DNA from: Lingula anatina
Taxonomy: Eukaryota > Animalia > Brachiopoda
DNA length: 64,000 nucleotides
NCBI GenBank assembly: GCA_051362555.1
Contig: CM120644.1
Span: 3,046,954 to 3,110,953 of the forward strand
Reading direction: 5' to 3'
The notes under the pieces were generated by a model. It made no database searches, had not been told where the DNA came from, and saw only the letters and a list, made by a program, of their open reading frames with translations. Within the stretch, counting starts at the first letter, position 1, and each line of letters opens with the position of its first letter. Position numbers and translations under genes: made by a program. Below, piece by piece: positions 26,063-37,927 of this stretch.

Positions 26063-27520
26063 TTAAACACATGTGTTTTTCTTAATCTTGGTGCAGTTTT
26101 GTGCGGGGCCAACTATGTCTGTTGCGTGGTAGCAGCCTTTGATCTCTCCATTTCCATATTGAAACTCAAGAAGCTTGCGTTTGGTGTAAACTTTAGACGT
26201 TTTTGGCTCTTCGTGCACCTTTTCACATAAACCGCACCAATTCATGTAGCGGGATTCCAATGGCCTGGTTGATGTATGGGTGTTTTTCCACTCTAAGTAA
26301 GGAAGATACAGAGAGTCATTCTTATCTAATAAAAGAAGGTATTTCGCCAGCTCTTTTGGTGATGAGAAATTTGATGTGTCAATATGCATTTCTGGTCTTA
26401 TGCCAAACCGTGAATAGTTGGCACCGCTTCTCGTTACCAGGACGACATCCAAGTGCCACGGTCTGAAAAATTTCTCTGTCAGGTAGTCCACTGCAAAGCT
26501 GTTTTCAAAGGCCAGATAGAATTTGTATGTAGCGTTCACGTAACTCCAACAAGATATACACGGTCTTCCACAATCGCCCAGAATATCGACATCAATATAT
26601 TTCATTAACTCTGCCACGTACTCCTCTCTCCTACTCCAAGTGATACAATCACTCACAACCCATGCCACAAGCTTAGTTTTCGATTTAACAGTAGCAAAAT
26701 AGTTTCGTTTTAAAGGTTTGTCACGTTTAATAATCATACCATAAGGTGACCATATATCTGAATCTTTTTGGTAGGTAAACGTCCAGTTAAACGAATTAAG
26801 AAGCATCTCTTTATTTGAATGGCTGTATATATTTGTTTGACAAGGTGGCTCTATGGAGAAAAATACCCAAACCTGGTGGCTAGGTTTTACATTTGGAATT
26901 TCACATTTCGGTTCCACTCCCTGACATTCATTTTTAAACGCCCGAGCGGCAATGTTAAATATGATGGCATCAGCGGATTTTGACTGTCTTCGATCCGTAG
27001 ACATTGAACAAGCATTTATAGGGCACGAGCGAAATGGATTTTCGTTATCTGCATTGTAGAAATTCTCATAATTGTTCCAAAACAGAATGGACTTTTCCTT
27101 AACAGGAAGCAGCTTGTTATGGGTATGATGGGTAAGATAACCGATCTGCTTTCTTTCCACATTGATGACACTTGAGTCGTGATCCAGGTTGACAGCCGAA
27201 CTCATTTTCTCTACATGTTGAATTAAATCTACTTCATTTTGATTTGGCATGGAGAATCGGTTTGACGTCTTAGAATCAACCTGGTCGGAGCCAGGTAGCC
27301 CAATTCTACCAACTGTTCCATTATCTTTAATGTCTCCACGGCGGACGATACCAAGTCCCATATCATTTCTTCTCGCATGTGGGGAATTCCCCTTAAACAA
27401 ATTACCTTTCTTTTGCACGAACATAACGTAATGGCCAACGAGGACGCTGACAACGGCCCAGCAAGATATGACGAGATAGATGTTAAAAAACATACTCTTC
27501 ACTTGCGTATGGTTTGCCAT
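26063..27520 (-). CDS. Alpha-1,3-fucosyltransferase (GT10), copy 1, 485 aa, intronless CDS
   Basis: Type II TM (FFNIYLVISCWAVVSVLVGHYVMF), ILFWN, EPP, FNWTFTYQKDSD, VAWVVSDC, and the GT10 motif YKFYLAFENSFAVDYLTEKF. First ATG at 27520. Confidence 0.93.
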   Translation of the reverse strand: MANHTQVKSMFFNIYLVISCWAVVSVLVGHYVMFVQKKGNLFKGNSPHARRNDMGLGIVRRGDIKDNGTVGRIGLPGSDQVDSKTSNRFSMPNQNEVDLIQHVEKMSSAVNLDHDSSVINVERKQIGYLTHHTHNKLLPVKEKSILFWNNYENFYNADNENPFRSCPINACSMSTDRRQSKSADAIIFNIAARAFKNECQGVEPKCEIPNVKPSHQVWVFFSIEPPCQTNIYSHSNKEMLLNSFNWTFTYQKDSDIWSPYGMIIKRDKPLKRNYFATVKSKTKLVAWVVSDCITWSRREEYVAELMKYIDVDILGDCGRPCISCWSYVNATYKFYLAFENSFAVDYLTEKFFRPWHLDVVLVTRSGANYSRFGIRPEMHIDTSNFSSPKELAKYLLLLDKNDSLYLPYLEWKNTHTSTRPLESRYMNWCGLCEKVHEEPKTSKVYTKRKLLEFQYGNGEIKGCYHATDIVGPAQNCTKIKKNTCV

Positions 27521-28605
27521 TTTAATCCCACGAATTCTTTCTGCCAGTATTTTCAACTGATCTGAATTGATAACGAGGTGTTTGATTTGCAGTATTTTAT
27601 ATTATCATATACCATCAGTGTATTAAGCACGCGAGGTGGTTTTAATATTCATTCAATAGCAGGGTTTCATTCAGTCTTTCAGTCTTACGGTTCATGAGAA
27701 TAATAAACAATTAAGTAGAATATAACAGGATATAACACAAATTTATAAAACTTAACAAAACAGTAAGAGTGATAATAATAAACCATCAAAGTGATGCTAA
27801 CCTTAATTCGGAAGTATATTTTAAGAATTTAATTATATAATTGGGAAACATTGCTCAAAATTATCAGTTTGATAAGTTTGAAAACGCCCTTTCTTGTAGT
27901 AAAAATATTTTAATATATTTCTGCCTAATAGTAGGGAAGGGTAAATCTCAAAACTGTCTACAGGTGTTTTCTGAGGTTATATTCAATGCTGAACCTGACA
28001 GCCACTTATTTCTAAATCAATTATTAAGGTCGGAAAGTTGACAATTTTAAAAATGGAAGATAAATCGGCTTACCTAGAGTGTCATCAACAACAAGTAAAA
28101 GCATCATAGTGTGCCACAAATCTTTCATTATGTTTTATGGGTTGTGGGATCCATTTCCGATGTTCCTTCTGTATTTGGTAAATTTCATAGTAAAGGCAAA
28201 TAGCTACGATGTGAGCTGACAGGTTACTGTCATGCTATACTGTACACTGACGAGCCGGAATCTTCCACAATAGAGACGGTAAACCATCTTTATTATCTTT
28301 TTCAGTCAAATGAGAGGTGGTAAGGTCTCTTAATATCCGCTGAATGGGATTCATTAGGAAATAGCAATTATCCTAACCAAAGAAATAAAATTTGCAATTT
28401 TTAAGGTAGGGTGGCTGATATAACATTATGAATGAAGAGGGGTTTGAAATCACTATCATAAACTGAGACCTGTAAATAAGTTGCCAAGGAAATCTCCAAT
28501 CTCTTGATCTCCAAGAATATTTTCCCTCTCTTTGAGAAGAACATTCCCGACAGAATAATATTGTGTTATAATACATTCAGGGGCCTTATAAAACATAATA
28601 TACAT

Positions 28606-29138
28606 TTCAACTTTTTTTCTTGCCATAAATTTTTTGTTAGTTATAAAATGTTTTCAAAACATTACTATAATGTTGTTCCAGAACATTATTTAAACATTTA
28701 AAGCATTTTGATGTTATTCCAGAATGTTATGAAACATTGAAAAAGCTCCACAAAATAACTCTCTAGATGCTTTATGGAAACGCTTTTCAAATCCTTTCTA
28801 CAGCGTTATTTTTACGTTACCAAAACGTTTTTTGTTGGTTAGAAAAATATTTTCGACACATTAATATAAAATTATTCTAGAACTTTTGAAAACATTTTTG
28901 AAAACCTCCACAAGATAACTGTGTTCTAATCTTTTATAAAACCGTTTTTTTTAATCTTTTCAACGACGTTATTAGAACGTTACCATTATTCTTTTTGGTC
29001 AGCTGAGACATTCCTTTTTGTTATACAAAAGCAAATGACGTTAGCATAACGCACTCATAATGTCATTTTATGCTATAAACAAAAGGAAAACAATGGATAA
29101 TGTCATGAAACCATTGTGTTAGCTTGGTCTACTCATTC
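28606..29138. mobile_element. AT-rich internally repetitive element; second copy inserted in FucT copy 2
   Basis: Colinear and clearly similar to 31172-31718; AACGTT/AACATT sub-repeats. Confidence 0.6.
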
Positions 29139-31171
29139 CTAGGGTTATAATGCCAGGAAGTCTCGCCAAAATCCCGAGATACAGTACAGTGATATAATGC
29201 ACACAGACCCCTTAATGCATAGTGTATTGGGGAAGTGTGATGAAGTTGTAAAGTTCAATATTCGGTCCGCCGATCGAGAAGAAGCAAACAAAAAGAGCCA
29301 CGGGTTTCCAACCAGTTTTATTTCTACTTCCTTAGTTCATCCCCCATTCTACCTGACACCAGTCCTATTTACATCCAACTTTCAACATAACATCTACTAG
29401 CCCTTTATTAATATCTCAGGTACACGGTTATTGATCCATCTTCTTTCTGCTATCAGTGTATCTGTACTTTAATCTGTTTTTAATGTGATGCAATTCTCGA
29501 CGAGCAATGGCCTTTGTGGAAAATATCGTACCATTCTAATTGTTCTGTTCCCCCCCCCCCCACTCGTTTTCTCGTATTAAATCTGCCATTCTTTGTTCTT
29601 CTCCGCCATTTCGTGAGTGACATTTTCACCTCTCCTGATTTCCAATAAGTTTATTTTCTCTGCAGATAATAAAGCAACAGAAAGCTACCCATAGGACTTT
29701 TGTCGACAACAAAAATATATTCTTGAATTGCAGTCATTTTAAGAATAAAACGGTTGATATCATTTAGTATATATCAGGTTTACTGGTGACCATTTAGATG
29801 TCTATCCGCTTCATTTGCTACGCTAAGCTAGGCTAAGCTAGAAAAATATACAATTTTGCCTAGGCACAGAAATGCGCAACATTCGATTTGTTAAGATCCT
29901 ATCACTTGGTTGGCACAAATAATCTCTTATTATTCAGAATTTGCTGTAACATTGTCCATCTGAAAGGAATTGCCAGCAGAAATTTTGATTCAAAATGCTA
30001 GTATAGTGCGTGTGTGAGTGTGTGTTTTGTTATCACATTTTACCCGAAAAAACCATTAAACTCTGAAACTGTCCCCCCCCCTCCAATACGGAAGAAGAAA
30101 AATTATAATAAAAAGTAGCAAAGAGGCTGAAAAAGTCATCACCAATCAAGGCAAAAAGTAACAAAAACTAGTATGGTAATTCAGCTCATTCATCATGAAG
30201 ATTTGAACACATCATTTTGGTGCAGTTTTGCGCCGGGCCAACTATGTCTGTTGCGTGGTAACAGCCTTTGATCTCTCCATTTCCATATTGCCACTCGAAA
30301 AGCTCGCGTTTGGTGTAAACTTTTGACGTTTTTGGATCTTCGTGCACCTTTTCACATAAACCGCACCAATTCATGTAGCGGGATTCCAATGGCCTGGTTG
30401 ATGTGTGGGTGTTTTTCCACTCTAAGTACGGAAGATACAGGAAGTCATTCTTATCTAATAAAAGAAGGTATTTCGCCAGCTCTTTAGGTGATGAGAAATT
30501 TGATGTGTCAATATGCATTTCTGGTCTTATTCTAAACCGTGAATAGTTGACACCGCTTCTCGTTACCAGGACGACATCCAAGTGCCACGGTCTGAAAATT
30601 TTTTTCGGTCAGGTAGTCCACTGCAAAACTGTTTTCAAAGGCCAGGTAAAATTTGTATGTAACGTTCACGTAACTCCAACAAGATATACACGGTCTTCCA
30701 CAATCCCCTAGAATATCGACATCAATATATTTCAACAACTCTGCCACGTACTCCTCTCTCCTACTCCAAGTGATACAATCACTCACAACCCATGCGACAA
30801 GCTTAGTTTTCGATTTAACAGTAGCAGAATAGTTTCGTTTTAAAGGTTTGGCACGTCTAATAATCATACCATAAGGAGACAATATATCTGAATCCTTTCT
30901 GTAAGTAAACGTCCAGTTAAACGAATTAAGAAGCATATCTTTATTTGAATGGCTGTATATATTTGTTTGACAAGGTGGCTCCATTGCCAAAAATACCCAA
31001 ACCTGGTGGCTAGGTTTCTCATTTGGAATTTCACATTTCGGTTCCACTCCCTGACATTCATTGTGAAACGATTGAGCAGCTAGGTTATATATGATGACAT
31101 CAGCGGTTTTTGACTGTCTTCGATCCGTAATCATAGAACAAGCACTTATGGGACACGAGCGAAATGTACAT

Positions 31172-31718
31172 TTCATTTTTTTTTATTGTTCTTACCACAA
31201 AGTTTTTTGTTAGTTATAAAACGTTTTCAATACATTATTATAATGTTGTTCTAGGACGTTAATTAAACGTAAAAACACATTTTGATGCTATTCCAGAACA
31301 TAATAAAACATCGAAAAAAACTCAGAAAAAAAAACTTTTTAGACGTTTTATAGAAACGCTTTTCAAATCCTTTCTACAGCGTTATTTTTACGTTACCAAA
31401 ACGTTTTTTGTTGGTTAGAAAATTATTTTTGACACATTGATATAGTATTATTCTAGAACTTTTGAAAACATTTCTGAAAACCTCCACAAGATACCTGTAT
31501 TGTAACCTTTTATAAAAACTTTTTTTTAAAAAATCTTTTCAACGACTTTATTAGAACGTTACCATAATTCTTTTTGGTCAGCTGAGACATTCCTTTTTGT
31601 TATACAAAAACATATGACATTAGCATAACGCACTCATAATGTCATTTTATTCTATAAACAAAAGGAAAACAGTGGATAATGTTATGAAACCGTTGTGTTA
31701 GCTTGGTTTACTCATTCA
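31172..31718. mobile_element. Insertion in FucT copy 2, homologous to 28606-29138
   Basis: Interrupts the coding sequence between ...LFWNGYQIF and FRSCPI. Confidence 0.7.
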
Positions 31719-32090
31719 TTTACTTTTTTTTGTAAAAAATCTGATAACCGTTCCAAAACAGAATAGACTCATTGATGGGACTTGAATCCCGATCCAGTTT
31801 AATATTCAAACTCTTTTTCTGAAGGTGCTGTGTAAGATCTACTTCATTTGATTTCCCATATAAAATACTGGTTTTGAATGGACTTGGCTGGTGGCAGGTA
31901 GGTCTCTTCTTTCCCTTTCTCCTTTATTTCTGGTGTCTTCTCGGCGGCTGATACCAAATTCCAGATTCCAGATTTCTTGTATTAGGTCGATAATTGTATG
32001 AATCACTCACCTTTGATGGACAGACCATAGTGAACAATTAGAACGCTGAGAGCGGTCCAGCAGGTTAGTACTTGTAAGCAAGATGTTAAA

Positions 32091-33010
32091 CACCCAAACC
32101 CAATATAGAGGTGCAATTGATGTCACAAGTATGTTATTAAAAATATTTACTGCACAGATTGCCAACTGTGTTTGATTATTTTAGGGTCCCACATGAAGAA
32201 GCTTGTATAAAAGTTTCACTCTCCTGGAACCATGAATAATTAAAAATAATTTATCGTTTAACCCCAAAAAGCAACATACGTTACTGTCACAAATACAAAA
32301 CGTCCAACTGTGAAACGCTCTACTCACTTTGAAAATTCAGCCATCACTGGTTTTGTTCATTGATTTATCTCCTACAAGTATAACGTTGCTAATAATTATA
32401 ATAATCTTCTGTATAGACCTGTTGATTGTTTTTGAGCGACTTAAGTTTGCTTGTCACAGAATATAAAAAATGGGGAAAATACACCCTACCAACAGTAAAA
32501 TAAGCATTAAATAAACATGTTTCCCTTCATGATCCAAAGATTATATCAGAAATGTCAAACTATCATGGAAACACAATATATTGTTCGGTCAGCAAAAGAA
32601 AACATTGTATCTCTTGCACACTCTTGAACAAAAAGAAACATTTTGACAATTTTTCTAGGGAACATACGTTACCTAGTATAAGCCATGTCGCAAAACCCCT
32701 TGAGATACAGTTTAAATATTTATAAAAACGTCCTTACGTCATGTCTAATTTACCATGACTGAACCACTAAAAAACATATCGGAACGCGGCATAAAAATGA
32801 AAATTAAATGGCAAGAACATACGTTACCGTACGTTTTTTGGAACATACGTTACCATATAGGGCTCTTTGCGTAATGTTAAAGACATGGTAAAAATTAAAA
32901 ATTGAATTTCAGTTGAGACAGTCGTGGATTTTTGTTCTATACACATATATGTTTTGAAATATTGAATACAATTTTGAATTCATTAATTTTTATTTTTTTT
33001 ACACTTTGAA
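32091..33010. mobile_element. Unclassified ~920-bp insertion in FucT copy 2
   Basis: Absent from the aligned copy 3 (37501-37520). Contains four AACATACGTTAC motifs (~32273, 32661, 32816, 32842). No clear TIR. Confidence 0.55.
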
Positions 33011-36000
33011 AAGAGCACGTACTTCCTTCTAGCACACTTTGCCATTTTAAGTCTACCGATAGTATACAAACATTTTTATACTTCTCGCCTCTGATTACAA
33101 GGTGCTAAATTTAAAACATTGCATAAACCACATTTTGTTAGTCTTGAATTATACATGTGTGTCATTAGTTTTTGGTGTGAGATAATGATCGGGTTCCGAC
33201 ACTTCCCGCACGAAAATGCATGATTATCGAGTAGCATTGAAATATTAGAGGAAAAAATGAATTCTCTCGGACTCTCTACTAATTTTTCTATCCCTCTCTG
33301 CACTTGGATTCGACCTTTAATAAAACTTATAAAGGTTGATTTCGCTTAAAATGTCTGACCAGTCATTATAACCAGGAACCGTTTTCGTAAGCTCTGATGG
33401 AAGTATCACCCTCAGGTAAGATCCAAATAAAATTAGTTAAGGGGTGAAATCGTTTTTCAAGCGTATTTGAGTTTTTATAAGAAGTCATGGATGGCACAAA
33501 TGAGGGGATTTTCAAACCTTTGTAGGGCACCTTAAAGGTCAACACTGTAACTGCACGGTTGTAGCAAAGATTGGGGCTTAGAAACACTACCAATAATATA
33601 AGTGGGGTATAAAAATAAAGCCTCTATTAATAAAAGAACTGATACCATGGCTACTGGCTACAGAGAAAATACATGTATATTATGAACCAAAAGAGTTTAA
33701 TTTTAGAAGGGTACAGGTATCAATTAAATGTTTTTACAAAAAAAAAAAACGTTTCCTACAGCTTAAAGAAATCTCAAAAAGGTACACGTTAAAACATATT
33801 ATTCTCACCACGTTACACCACAATAACTTGTGAGGCTATATAAATTGTGGAATTTTTGCATGTCACCAAAATGTCACTTTTGCCATGGTATTTGTCACTA
33901 ATTAGTGTGCATCCCCGTGCAATAGGTGTATTTGTGTGATCATATGTGCGGAATTTCATGTCAGATGGACACATTAACATCTAATCAACTTGTCACAATA
34001 TTTAAAAAAGATAAATCTTAGTCAGTTGCGAACTACTTCCTGGTTTTTACAAGGTCTATCAAAGACTCTAAAACATCGTTATAATTGCAGCACATATAAT
34101 AAAACACCTACAAATTATTAGATATGGGTAAGTTTAGTAGCATATATGGGTATCACTGTTCCAGTTTTAAAGATGTACATAAAATTTGGACATAAAAATT
34201 TCAAAGTTCAGTTCATGGTTAAAAGTAGGTCAAATGTCAATTTTAACGGTCACAGTTGGATTGCTGATATATGACTGCCTATTTAAGTTCAATAGTAACT
34301 ATGGGCGTATCTCTGGTAATTTTGGAGTTATTTGACATTTTATTTTCACCACTGAATATTGCCATGTTGTACTCTTTGAGGAAGCGTAACTCGTTAACAG
34401 TATGAAAAAAAAACGGACATCGCCCCAAGTGATGCGCTTGACAAGCTCTATAAAATGAAAAAAAAAAAAAGAAAAAAAGGTCTCTAGCATTTACGGTTTC
34501 AGAATTAGAGAGAGTTTTCAGTTTCGGAATCTTATGGCTGCTTCTCCCTTGAAAATGCACCGATTGACCCCATTTTCACGGTGCCGGCGGACGAGACGGG
34601 TAGGAACTTCAACCTTACATACCGCAAGTGTCTACGTTGGTCAACAAATTAATAAAATTATAGAGTACATAAATGCGAGTCTTTTGATATAGGATACGTC
34701 ATGTTTGAATGAATACATATATGTACATTAATGAAGAGTTTTATACTTACAGTGTATATGCAATATCGAACAAAAATAAAGAATGTTTTCAGAGGGAAAA
34801 ATTGTGTATCTTACGGATACTGTACCTTTTAGGTAATAAAATCTGAAAAGAAGAACATTCGTATTCAGTAGTACTAATAAAACTGAAAAGCAGGCTACCT
34901 TATAGTTCTATTTTATTCAGAAAAAGCACCACTGGTTCTACACAGAAATTTATTTCAACAATTCTAAAATAATTTATCTGAAAAATTTTCTCCATTGAAT
35001 ATCGAGTCATTAAGTCATATGCCTCTTTTCTATACAGTGTTATCATTAATGATCACACATACTTTGTGTGGGCACATTTTGTTCATTTTAATTGACAGAT
35101 GCATTTAACAGCTAGGTAAGGTCGTCAAACAATTAACTGTCAGCTTTGTCATAAAACATTTACCTGAGAGGTTTTCAAGTCACACAGTTTTTATCCAGCT
35201 GCAGGCACTTAAGCAGTCTGTATCATGTTTGATAGTCAGTAATTTTACCAAAACGTGTTTAGCATTATTTTATACATATTAAGAAATAAAAGGCTATATG
35301 TAAAGGTGAGTAAGATGCCAAGAAGGACATAAAGAACAAAATATTATAAAAATTAATCTTACAGTGTTGATAGGTAACCATCACATATCCCCTGGCATGC
35401 ACTAAAAACATACTTGTCTGTCACCATGTAGAGACTTATATTGCCCATCCTTTACCCTGGGACGGTCATTGGGGATATTTCTGCTGTGTTGATTGGCCAA
35501 TGTTTCGATTACTTATTGTTTTCAATTCTTAAACATAATCAATTGATATCTCACCCTTATAAAGATCGAAGCAGTTGGCAGTAAGACTATCATCTAGAGA
35601 AAATTGAAACAGAAATCTCTAAAATCGTGTTTCTATCGCTAGCCAGAGATTACCACAAACAAACTAACAAACTCACAAACGAGCAAACTGATATACACGC
35701 GGTATTCTTTGTGCAAGCAATATATTAATAAATGAATGAATGAATATTGTTGTCGAGAAGTCGTCTGCAGCTGTTGTTCCCTGTATACCATCATTATCTA
35801 GTATCTATTATAAATGTCATTACAAATCTTCTGAAATCATAATAAATGTATGCATAGAAAGGTAAATTGTCAAACATGCTTGTGCGCTACTGCTACCAGT
35901 ATTTCACTTCTTAAATCTTCTGCTCACTTTAAAGTTAAATGTCAAGATGTCTCGCCAAAGTTCTGAGATAATCAACTTACAATGCTAAACTGTTCGTAGT

Positions 36001-36081
36001 AATGAAATAATAGCAATGTGGCTGAAAAAGTCATCATCGACCACGTCAAAGAGCAACAAAAACTAGTCCTGTACTTGCAAG

Positions 36082-37542
36082 TCATTCATGGTGAAGATTT
36101 GAACACATCATTTTTTTCTTAATCTTGGTGCAGTTTTGCGCGGGACCAACTATGTCTGTTGCGTGGTAGCAGCCTTTGATTTCTCCATTTCCATATTGAA
36201 ACTCAAGAAGCTCGCGTTTGGTGTAAACTTTTGACGTTTTTGGCTCTTCGTGCACCTTTTCACATAAACCGCACCAATTCATGTAGCGGGATTCCAATGG
36301 TCTGGTTGACACGTGGGTGTTCTTCCACTCTAAGTACGGAAGATACAGGGAGTCGTTCTTATCTAATAAAAGAAGGTAATTCGCCAGCTCTTTAGGTGAT
36401 GAGAAATTTGATGTGTCAATAAACATTTCTGGTCTTATTCCAAACCGTGAATAGTCGACACCGCTTCTCGTTACCAGGACGACATCCAAGTGCCACGGTC
36501 TGAAAAACTTCTCGGTCAGGTAGTCCACTGCAAAACTGTTTTCAAAGGCCAGATAGAATTTGTATGTAGCGTTCACGTAACTCCAACACGATATACACGG
36601 TCTTCCACAATCACCCAGAATATCGACATCAATATATTTCTTCAACTCTGCCACGTACTCCTCTCTCCTACTCCAAGTGATACAATCACTCACAACCCAT
36701 GCGGCAAGCTTAGTTTTCAATTTAACACTGGCAGAGAAGTTTCGTTTTAAAGGTTTGTCACGTTTTATAATCAAACCATAAGGAGACCATATATCTGAAT
36801 CCATTCTGAAAGTAAACGTCCAGTTAAACGAATTAAGAAGCATCTCTTTATTTGAATGGCTGTATATATTTGTTTGACAAGGTGGCTCCATGGCCAAAAA
36901 TACCCAAACCTGGTGGCTAGGTTTCACATTAGGAATTTCACATTTCGGTTCCACTCCCTGACATTCATTGCGAAACGTTTGAGCAGCTAGGTTATATATG
37001 ATAGCATCAGCGGCTTTTGACTGACTTCTATCAGTTGTCATAGAACAAGCATTTATGGGGCACGAGCGGAATGGATGTCCGTTTTTTTCTTTGTAAAAAT
37101 TCTGATAACCGTTCCAAAACAGAATAGCCTTCTCTCTAACCGGGTGCACCTTGTTTTGGGTAAGAGAACCGATCTGTTTTCTTGCCACATTGATGAAACT
37201 TGAATCCCGATCCAGCTTAATATTAGAACTCTTTTTCTGTAGGTGCTGGACAAGAGGCACTTTATTTTGATTTGCCATAGAAAATAGAGTCTTTGAATTG
37301 ACTTGGTTGGTGGCAGGTTGGTATCTTTCTTTCCCTACCCCGTTTTCTCTAGTGCCTCCGCGGCGGACTATATCAAATTCCAAATTATTTCTTTTATCAC
37401 TTCGAGAATTCTCCTTGTAAGAATCATCTACACCTTTCATGGACAGACCATAGTGAACAATGAGAACACTGACGGCGGTCCAGCAGGTTATGACAAGCAA
37501 GATGTTAAAGCGCACGCTCTTCTGTCCAGCGCACTTTGCCAT
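36082..37542 (-). CDS. Alpha-1,3-fucosyltransferase (GT10), copy 3, 486 aa
   Basis: Same motifs as copy 1. First ATG at 37542 (MAKCAG). Probable 5'UTR acceptor TTGTTTTCAG just upstream. Confidence 0.93.
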   Translation of the reverse strand: MAKCAGQKSVRFNILLVITCWTAVSVLIVHYGLSMKGVDDSYKENSRSDKRNNLEFDIVRRGGTRENGVGKERYQPATNQVNSKTLFSMANQNKVPLVQHLQKKSSNIKLDRDSSFINVARKQIGSLTQNKVHPVREKAILFWNGYQNFYKEKNGHPFRSCPINACSMTTDRSQSKAADAIIYNLAAQTFRNECQGVEPKCEIPNVKPSHQVWVFLAMEPPCQTNIYSHSNKEMLLNSFNWTFTFRMDSDIWSPYGLIIKRDKPLKRNFSASVKLKTKLAAWVVSDCITWSRREEYVAELKKYIDVDILGDCGRPCISCWSYVNATYKFYLAFENSFAVDYLTEKFFRPWHLDVVLVTRSGVDYSRFGIRPEMFIDTSNFSSPKELANYLLLLDKNDSLYLPYLEWKNTHVSTRPLESRYMNWCGLCEKVHEEPKTSKVYTKRELLEFQYGNGEIKGCYHATDIVGPAQNCTKIKKKMMCSNLHHE

Positions 37543-37713
37543 TTTAAGTCTACCGATAGTATACAAGCATTTTATACTCCTCGCCTCTGAAAACAAGGTG
37601 CTAAATTTACAACATTACATAGGCCATATTTTGTTGGTCTTGAATTATGCATGTGTGTCATTAGTTTCTGGTGTGAGATAATGATCGGGTTCCGACGCTA
37701 CCAGCACGAAAAT

Positions 37714-37927
37714 CAGCTTATGGCAAAATGAACCCACAATTTCTGACTTCTGATTGACCAATAAATAACAGTTAAAATGCACCAGAATGCAATATTATAC
37801 ATACAGCTTTTAAAAATTTCCAACACCGTGGGCGGGGGACAACCCCTCCCCGACCTCCCTCCTCGGGGGCTTCGCCCCCTCGTGTCTGCCCCCCACCCCC
37901 TGGCATTTTGCTCAGGCTACGGCCCTG
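37714..37927. mobile_element. MITE related to 9322-9488, 5-bp TSD
   Basis: Ends in GCTACGGCCCTG, flanked by AAAAT on both sides. Absent from the paralogous site (~33203-33210). Confidence 0.75.

Larger units (their letters stand above)
30186..33045 (-). pseudogene. GT10 fucosyltransferase copy 2, disrupted
   Basis: +1 frameshift in the TEKF motif (~30595-30606), ~550-bp insertion at ~31166-31720, deletions in the stem region, and a ~920-bp insertion at ~32091-33010 in the TM-coding start. Remnant ATG at 33045 aligns with the copy 3 ATG. Confidence 0.88.

Noticed and set aside
30595-30606. Programmed ribosomal frameshift in FucT copy 2
   Set aside because: The gene also has two large insertions and deletions. 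A simple indel or homopolymer sequencing error explains it.
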